Shown here piece after piece: positions 52,301 to 60,400 of a stretch of 64,000 nt of DNA. The notes under the pieces were generated by a model that was not told the origin of the DNA, made no database searches, and saw nothing but the letters and a program-made list of their open reading frames with translations. Source of the stretch: Podarcis bocagei (lineage: Eukaryota); NCBI GenBank assembly GCA_964188305.1, contig OZ076895.1. One strand, 5' to 3'. Positions within the stretch are counted from its first letter, which is position 1; every line of letters starts with the position of its first letter. The translations under genes and the position numbers were made by a program.

Positions 52301-55300
52301 AGAAACAACCACTACATAAATGCCCTTGAATTCTAATGGGATATGGAAATACAAAACAAGTTTTCATTGTTGTTGTTTTTAACCGCACATCTTTGGATTT
52401 GAAAAGAGTTCATTTTGATTAATCCTTTACCACGGCTTAAAACTGGAGTGACCGGAAATGCCGGAAATATCGCTTGAGTCAGCAATATATCAAGGGACAG
52501 TAATGAAGTAGCGAGTGGAATCAAGATGTGCCCCAAGATGGTTTGCAGTGCTGCAAAGGATGCAACTCTTGGGTCTTTTTCTTTCTTTCTTTCTTTCTTG
52601 CTTTTGGCACATTCACTTTATTCCAGCAAAAGGTTTTAGGATGTGTTACTGCCTGTGTCTTTGTGCTACCAAAAAAAAATTAAATCCTATCACAAAACGG
52701 TGTTGAATCTTTAGAAGAAAGATGCAAAAGTCTTCTTTTCCAGGCCATCTGGGCTTTCCATAGAAGCAGGGTTTTATTTCTATATCCTCCCAATGTCACA
52801 GTAGACACCCCCCAGCTCATTTGCTATGAAAGCCTAACATACAGAAGAATAATTGCACTTGTTTGTTTTGATAGAGACTTACAAATCAGTGACCCTACAT
52901 GTGGTCTACTTTTATAGAAACAAGTTAGTAAGTAAGCGCCTCACATATTCACCTGATGTGAGGAAGTACCACAACAGCTGCCCAGGGTTTTGAAAGATCA
53001 GCCATGCTTCTGTTTTCTGGTATCTGAATGCAAGACAGAATGTGATCCAAAACAGTCTTCTGTTCTTTCTCTTCGGTTCTTTTACTTCGCAACTGTCTTC
53101 TATTCAATCTAAAATTAAATCGATTGTATGCCGTTACCACGTATACATAAGATTGCCTGCAGGGATAAGTAATATGTGGCCTCCCAGATGTTGGTGGACC
53201 ACAACTCCTATCACCCCTGACCACTGGGCCATCCATGCTGGTTGAGGGAAATGGGAGGTGTCCACACGTTCCCTCGTCCTTTGTATTTAAAAGTAGCATA
53301 GTTTTATGAATCCAAAGTATGTTGCAATACTTAAGTGACCAGAATAAAACATTGCAACCTGCTCCTTTCCCACAGATAGGGACGCGGGTGGCGCTGTGGG
53401 TTAAACCACTGAGCCTAGGGCTTGCCGATCAGAAGGTCAGAGGTTCGAATCCCCGCAACGGGGTGAGCTCCCGTTCCTCGGTCCCTGCTCCTGCCAACCT
53501 AGCAGTTCGAAAGCACGTCAAAGTGCAAGTAGATAAATAGGTACCACTCTGGCGGGAAGGTAAACGGCGTTTCTGTGCGCTGCTCTGGCTCACCAGAAGC
53601 GGCTTAGTCATGCTGGCCACATGACCTGGAAGCTGTACGCCAGCTCCCTTGGCCAATAAAGGGCCGTAACCCCAGTGTCGGTCACGACTGGACCTAATGG
53701 TCAGGGGTCCCTTTACCTTTTACCTTTCCCACAGATACAGCTCAAAAGCAACTCCTCAAGTCACATACCCTTTAGCAGATTCCATAAAAACCAAGGGATA
53801 CTTCTCAAAGGCCATCGAACCAACGGTGGGAGGTTCTGCTTTCTCTAGAATAAGTTTAGCCAGAACTGCCAAGGCCTCCTCCTGAACCAGAGTATCTTCT
53901 CCACAAATGCTGTGCTCAGCATATTCAAGGAGACTGGGAAGAAATTGCTGGAAAGGGAAGGAGACAAGGATCGCACTAAGTTCTCTCTCCTTAAGATGCA
54001 GTTCTCCAGCTGCTGTAAAAGGGGTAAACACTTCACCTACCTTTTCAAATTGTTCCATTGGAAACATAACTTTAGAAAAATCCCATAGAGAACGCCTTTC
54101 AAATCCACCTTTGAAGATCTATTAAAAAGCACATGAACAGTAAATTGAAGTAAATAAAGACCTGGTTCCAGATTCATTGGGATTACTTAGAAGGACGATG
54201 GGAAATTCTGATTCCAAAAGATAATCTGCAAAAATCTGTTTGCTCCCAAAAGAAATGGAGACACAAAACTTACGAATTGGGAACCACCTTATCTGTGGTG
54301 TCTTTTCCAGTATTTACTGCATTAGCGTACAGAAAAATAGTCACTGATCATGCAAAACTTGCAGACACGCACATCTCTTTAAATGCAGTTGTCAATGAGG
54401 CTGCTTGCGTATATGAACCCATGTGTGACAATATGAAACTGCACTCAGACATCTACCAGTAATATCTACTCCAACTAAAGGTCTCAGGTGGACCTCTTAT
54501 GCAGTCCTGCCACCAGAGGGGTCTGGAGAACCCTGCCACTTTGCTATGGCTCTCCCCTACAAAACTCTCTCAAGATATAGACTCAGATTTTTATGGCAAA
54601 TAGCTTCCAACTACTACTTTGATCCCAGCAGTTCAGCTGCTCAGCTGGGAGGAGAGAAACTCTGGCATTTATGCCCAGGTGGATCTGCCTGTATTGGTTG
54701 CCAGAAGAAAATAGATTTGTTCCTATTTCCAGAAGACTTATATGGGGAAAGTGAGCCTGTTCGCATATATTCACTCACAGAAAAAGGTAATGTATGAATC
54801 AAGTCTTGCAGACCAGGTGCTCAAAAGTGGAATGTTCATAATACAGTATTCAACCGAGTCCAGCCTAATATTTTGTTACCTTTTCAACAATTTCTTTGAC
54901 CAATGAATCAGGCAATAAGACATTCTCATCAAGTAACAGAACAGAAATAACTTTAAGCAGAGTATCACGACAGGGCACTGAGAGGTCCGGTGTTTCTATC
55001 AGTTTTGTTAACGTCTGTGAAATGAAAATATGAACAATTAAAAACACACTTAGAAATTCCGGCAAGAAGAACTAGAATTCCTGTTTCTATCTGAAGTCAT
55101 GAGTGCTAGAAGTTTTTCGTTGTTTGCTTAAATGAAATCTCTGATTTATAAGACTAGTCAGAAGTGACCTGCACAGTATCTATATTTTTTTTAATGCATC
55201 CTGCCTATTTATTGAAGGAGACTCAAAGCTGCTAACAGACAGTAAAAAAACAAAACAGAATAAAACAGACATGATTTTTTTTAAAAAAAGAACAATAAAC

Positions 55301-57380
55301 ATTCAAGCAGCACAAAGAAATATAAGAAATGAGCTGGCAAAATTGTAGAATTAACTAAAGGCCTTTTCAAAAAGCTGTCCATGTCTTCATTAGTTACCTA
55401 AAACAGTATAGTAGTGGGGCCTAAGACCACAGTTCATCACATTTGGAGTCATGCCTATCCCTAAATCTTTTTGATACCACATTCCTTTGCACTAAGAAGA
55501 GTTTGGATTTGATATCCCGCTTTATCACTACCCGAAGGAGTCTCAAAGCGGCTAACGATCTCCTTTGCCTTCCTCCCCCACAACAAACACTCTCTGAGGT
55601 GAGTGAGGCTGAGAGACTTCAGAGAAGTGTGACTGGCCCAAGGTCACCCAGCAGCTGCATGTGGAGGAGAGGAGTCGCGAACCCGGTTCACCAGGTTACG
55701 AGACTACCGCTCTTAACCACTACACCACACTGGCTCCCTTCCTTCTTGAATAATATCTCTGGCATAGCACAATAATATAGCAAAATAGTGTTGTTTAAAA
55801 AAAAGTGAATCTAGATCAACAACGAATCCATCAGGTAATTAGTCATAGACCAACAGTTAATCTAGATCAACAGAATTCTTGCCAAGCTGCTGAAGATGAC
55901 TAATAAATTTCACTCAGAGCTGCACCCTCTCTACCACTAGATCCAAACTCTTGAAATAACCTCAAAGACAAAGCTAAACAATGCTTCCTGCTTTACTTCC
56001 ACCTTGCTTCATATCCTCTCTCATGCCAGATGTACATGATCTATTCTAGCAGAGGAAAGTTTTACTGACCTTACAAACTTCTTCAGGCTGAACAATTTTG
56101 GAGCCTTGTGCATATTCTGCTAAGATCAAATACACTTGCAATACCCTCTCAATCTGTTCAGAAGCTTCACAGCAGTTGTCCTTCGTTATCTTTTCTTGCA
56201 GTTCAAGTATTGATTTCTATGTGGTTGATTAAAAAAAAAAGGTTTTGCACCCAAAAGTCAGATGTTTCCACAGTTGTTGTTGCTGCTGCTGAACTAGACA
56301 AAAGGTTCCTCAAAAAAGTGCAATTCAGTGGTTTATAACCTTATTTCTCACCCCTTTACTCAGACCACATGAATGGGACTTCATGAAGAATGGACATCTC
56401 AGACAAAATACAAGTTTTGCTTGTTATTTACAATTACAAGCAGCTTTTTAAAAGTTTTTTAAAGTTTTATATATTAAGGACAATGTTTTCCCACCCAATT
56501 CTACAGGCAACATTGTTAAAATCAATCAGAGTGTGTAATATCATTCATTTCACTGTTGACAACAGTAAAGTAACATGGTTCTGGATACCTGCCACCTCAA
56601 CACTTGACACTCACCACATGACTTTCCCATCTCCTGCCACATACCACCATAATTCAAAGGAGGGTAGAGGGTAGAGCCTCTTTCTATTTTAATTAATTAC
56701 AACTCACTTGCAAGCATCTGAAAAATACACTGAAATGTTCTTTATGGATGAATCCAGCAGCTGACTTTGCCATATGTTCGAAAGCTTCCCCAACCAAGTT
56801 CCAGGAGAGGGTCACTTCTGTTTCTGTAAGTGGCCCCAGCTTTTTCAGAATTAATGTTATAGCCTGTGGGGGGAAATTACACACATCTTTAATGTTTTAA
56901 AATAGTTCACATTAAAAATATTTTTCACTCTAACCCTGGTCATAAACTCATTTACTCCTCAACAAACGACTTTCAGTTTAAAGAAGGGTACTGCTGCTTC
57001 ATGGCAATCTGATCCTTTATGCAAGATTAGCATTATACAGGGTGAGTCCTTTAAAAGAGGCCCCGTGGATACAGAGTGCACATGTTCTTTTAAAAGACTC
57101 ACCCTGTACAACTAGGAAAGTTTTCCATCCAAAATTTGTTTTATTCATTCATTCATTCATACTCTTTTTTTGGTATATACCGCCTTTTCCTCCAAGGATC
57201 TCAAGGTGGTGGTATACATGGTTCTCTGCACTTTATTTCACAACAACCTCATGAGGTAGGGGAAGCTGAGAGACAGTGAATGACCCAAGGTCGCCCAGTG
57301 AGCTTCATGGCTGAGTGGGGATTTAAAACCTGTTCTCCCAGGACATAGAGTCCAACACTCTAACCATTACACCACATTCC

Positions 57381-57422
<42 letters not shown>

Positions 57423-60400
57423 CTCCTTATGGAAACTGTGCCAAATATTGACTGATTAAATAACTTTTAAAAAAGAAAAAAGAACTAGAGATATAATATC
57501 CTGAAAGTCTTCTCGAAATGTGTGAAATAAACTTGTTATTTGTCTATTGGGTTGAGGGGGGAATTTAGGGCAAAACAACCTAGACCTATGGAAGCAAGTT
57601 AAAAATTCACTACCGAATCAGGCACTTTATAATTTTCCATTTGCTTCATGCACTTGGATTGATTACCGTTTCAGCACAGGAATGGAACATGTTCCTAACG
57701 CCTTTGCACGTCTCAAAAATCAGCTGTCCAACACCTTCTACTTTTTCTGGGTGCATTTCCAAGTCATGGAACATTACGTTTAAGAGAGCATTTTGGTCTG
57801 AAACCTAGGAGACAAAATTACAGTTTGCACCCCTTTTATTTCAATTCATACATACTACTTAGAAAGGCTAATTAAAAACCCCTACAATGTATATAAACTA
57901 AATGGAAAAAAGTAGATTTCAAGCACCATAGAATGTGATAGTTACATACTTTACCTGTCCTTCTAAGGAACCTGGGAGTGTCTTCTGATGTTACACTGAT
58001 CAAGCTTCTCTTTACATTGAGCTGTCCGTGTTTTACAGACTATCGTGCTGTGGAAACCACCAGTTCCCCAGCAGAGTTGCTATCAGTTCAAACATGCAGA
58101 CAAGCCTTTTACCCTAGTAATGCAAGCCAACAGCAAACATCTCTCCAATGGCAACCATATTGCCAGAACAAAATATAAACCAATGAGGTGCCCAAAGCCA
58201 TTAACTGACCAGCCTAAAAGGTCCAGCTTAAATAGCATTATAACAATAAAGTAAAGGAGTGCATTATCTCAAAGAGAAAACACAAAGGTGATAGGTGCAA
58301 GAGGATTTGTTTACAAACTGGTCATCAGATTTCCCAATACATTTCAAACATTTGTGTTCTTCAGGGGAAGTGGTTCAGCATTTGACCAGTAAACTAATGT
58401 CAGAAAAGTTACTCCAAGTTGTGCTTTTCTTATTATTCTGCTATGTGGTACAGTTGGACATTGTACCAGTTACTAAGAGCACTACAGTTACAGTCACTGT
58501 TCTACAACAAGCAGAAAAATCCAACCTACCTAGTGCCTTCTACCTAGTGCCATGTTTAATACATGGCATCTCCATCAAAAAAGGGGGGGTGTCAGGGAAC
58601 ATGAGATAGAAAAAACCTCAGAGAGCTGCTACTAGTTAAAGGTAACAATGCTGGCTAGATGGTCTCACTCCCTGGCTTTATTTGCATGTCACAATAAACT
58701 ATAGCTAATGGCTTACCACGACTGCACCTTACTGGTCTGTTTGCTTCCTCTCTTGATCTAACTAGCATGGAGGAGACAAATGGCTTACCATTCTGTCAAA
58801 CCAGGGATCGTGGTTTGTTTCATTCCAAAAAAAAACCACCCCACAATCAGTAACAAAGGTTTGTTATTGACTCACTGGTTTTGCAAACCACAATCCCTGG
58901 TTTGGATGCAGTGCTGAGTCAGAGATCATGGTTTGTTGTTTCCACTAAGGTAGAACACAGCCCAGAAAGGCGCACTCATAACAAATCATTGTCTATGGTT
59001 TACTGTGACATACAAAGTGGGCCACTATAAAGCAGTTTCATAGGTACACTGAACTAAATGGATGACAGTCATTTCCTTCAAACTAGAGATACCTAGTAAC
59101 ACTTTGTATTATATTAAATATTAATGCTGCAGTGGTAAACTCAATTTGAAGAGAAGGCACTTCTCTTTTTACACTGTCCTGCCCCCGCCCCAACATCACT
59201 TACCTTCCTCATCAGGAAGGTGAAGCTTTCTGCTGCAAAATTTCTGATGTGCTCTTTATGGTGAGCCAACAAGGTGCTGTACAATCTGCAAGTACAACAT
59301 TCAAATATAAAAATAAAAACCATGCAGGATCAATTCATTTCTCCAGCAATGCTTCCTGGAATCCATCATCAGACACAAAGCAAATTTATTAACATATATT
59401 TTATACTGATTTAATTATGGCCATAGCTCAGTGGTCGAACATGTATACAGAGCCTTGCAGACAAACCAATAGTAAACATAATAGGCATTCTTGCTTCCCT
59501 TACCACACGGCCCAAATGAACATAGCATTTTCTTCTCAGTAAATTTAGAAGAGGGAAAGAACTAGGCTGCCATTGTGTGCACACAGAATCAGGGCCACTA
59601 ACTATCACACTATAAGAATCTATAAAAATCTATAAGAATCAGAGCTAAAAGGGACCAAAAGCTTTTCTAGTCTAACTCAAATAAAGAATAGTTTGTTTAT
59701 TTTGCAAATGATGCAGAATAAGACTCATGTATTGGCCATGTTGTTGTTGTTGAAAAGCTTACCCATAAATATTGGACATGTCCTTCACCATCAGCCTCCA
59801 TAAGTATTTGTAAAGGTAAGAAAGGCAGGTGAAAGTCCATTCTAGCAGCTCCGTGTCCTGGGTATCCAACAATTTTGTAATGGACAGAAAAAAGTCTTGG
59901 AAATGAGGATAGAAATCTGTCTGGAGATCGCGAGCCAGCTGCACCACTAAGCTGTATTGAGATACATAAAGCAGGAAAATGTGAGTGGTGCCACATTATA
60001 ATTTGAACACACACATCCCATGATGATTTCAAATAATTCTGGGGGAAATCTCACTGTCCCGTGGTCTGCTCACAAGTGAACGCATTTGTATATTGTATGG
60101 CCCAGTGTACTCCTGAAGTTCATCCCAGCTAATATAACCTCGTTACAGTCCTGTGCAATGAGCATATTAGTATCATTCCCACTCTGGAAAAGAGAGCCTA
60201 GGACTCAGTGGCAGAGCTTCATGCTCCGGCACCGGGGGCCGAGAGCAGATGGGGCTGGTGCACGTCCTGGGGGGGCGTGGCACCCAGCAAGGGGAGAGGG
60301 GGCGCAGCTGCAATGACACCCCACCGGGATTGCACTGCCGGAGACGGTGCCCTCCCCCTGCACTCCTCTTCCTCCGCCAGTGCTAGGACTGAGAAACAAT

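Noticed and set aside
53379-53460. tRNA-like A/B boxes (also ~55660-55738 and ~42990-43054) as tRNA genes
   Set aside because: They are SINE heads continuous with SINE bodies and tails; no complete cloverleaf is evident.
55808-55872. 14-bp direct repeat AATCTAGATCAACA flanking 37 nt, as a TSD
   Set aside because: The intervening sequence has no poly(A), TIR or recognisable element; more likely a small local duplication.
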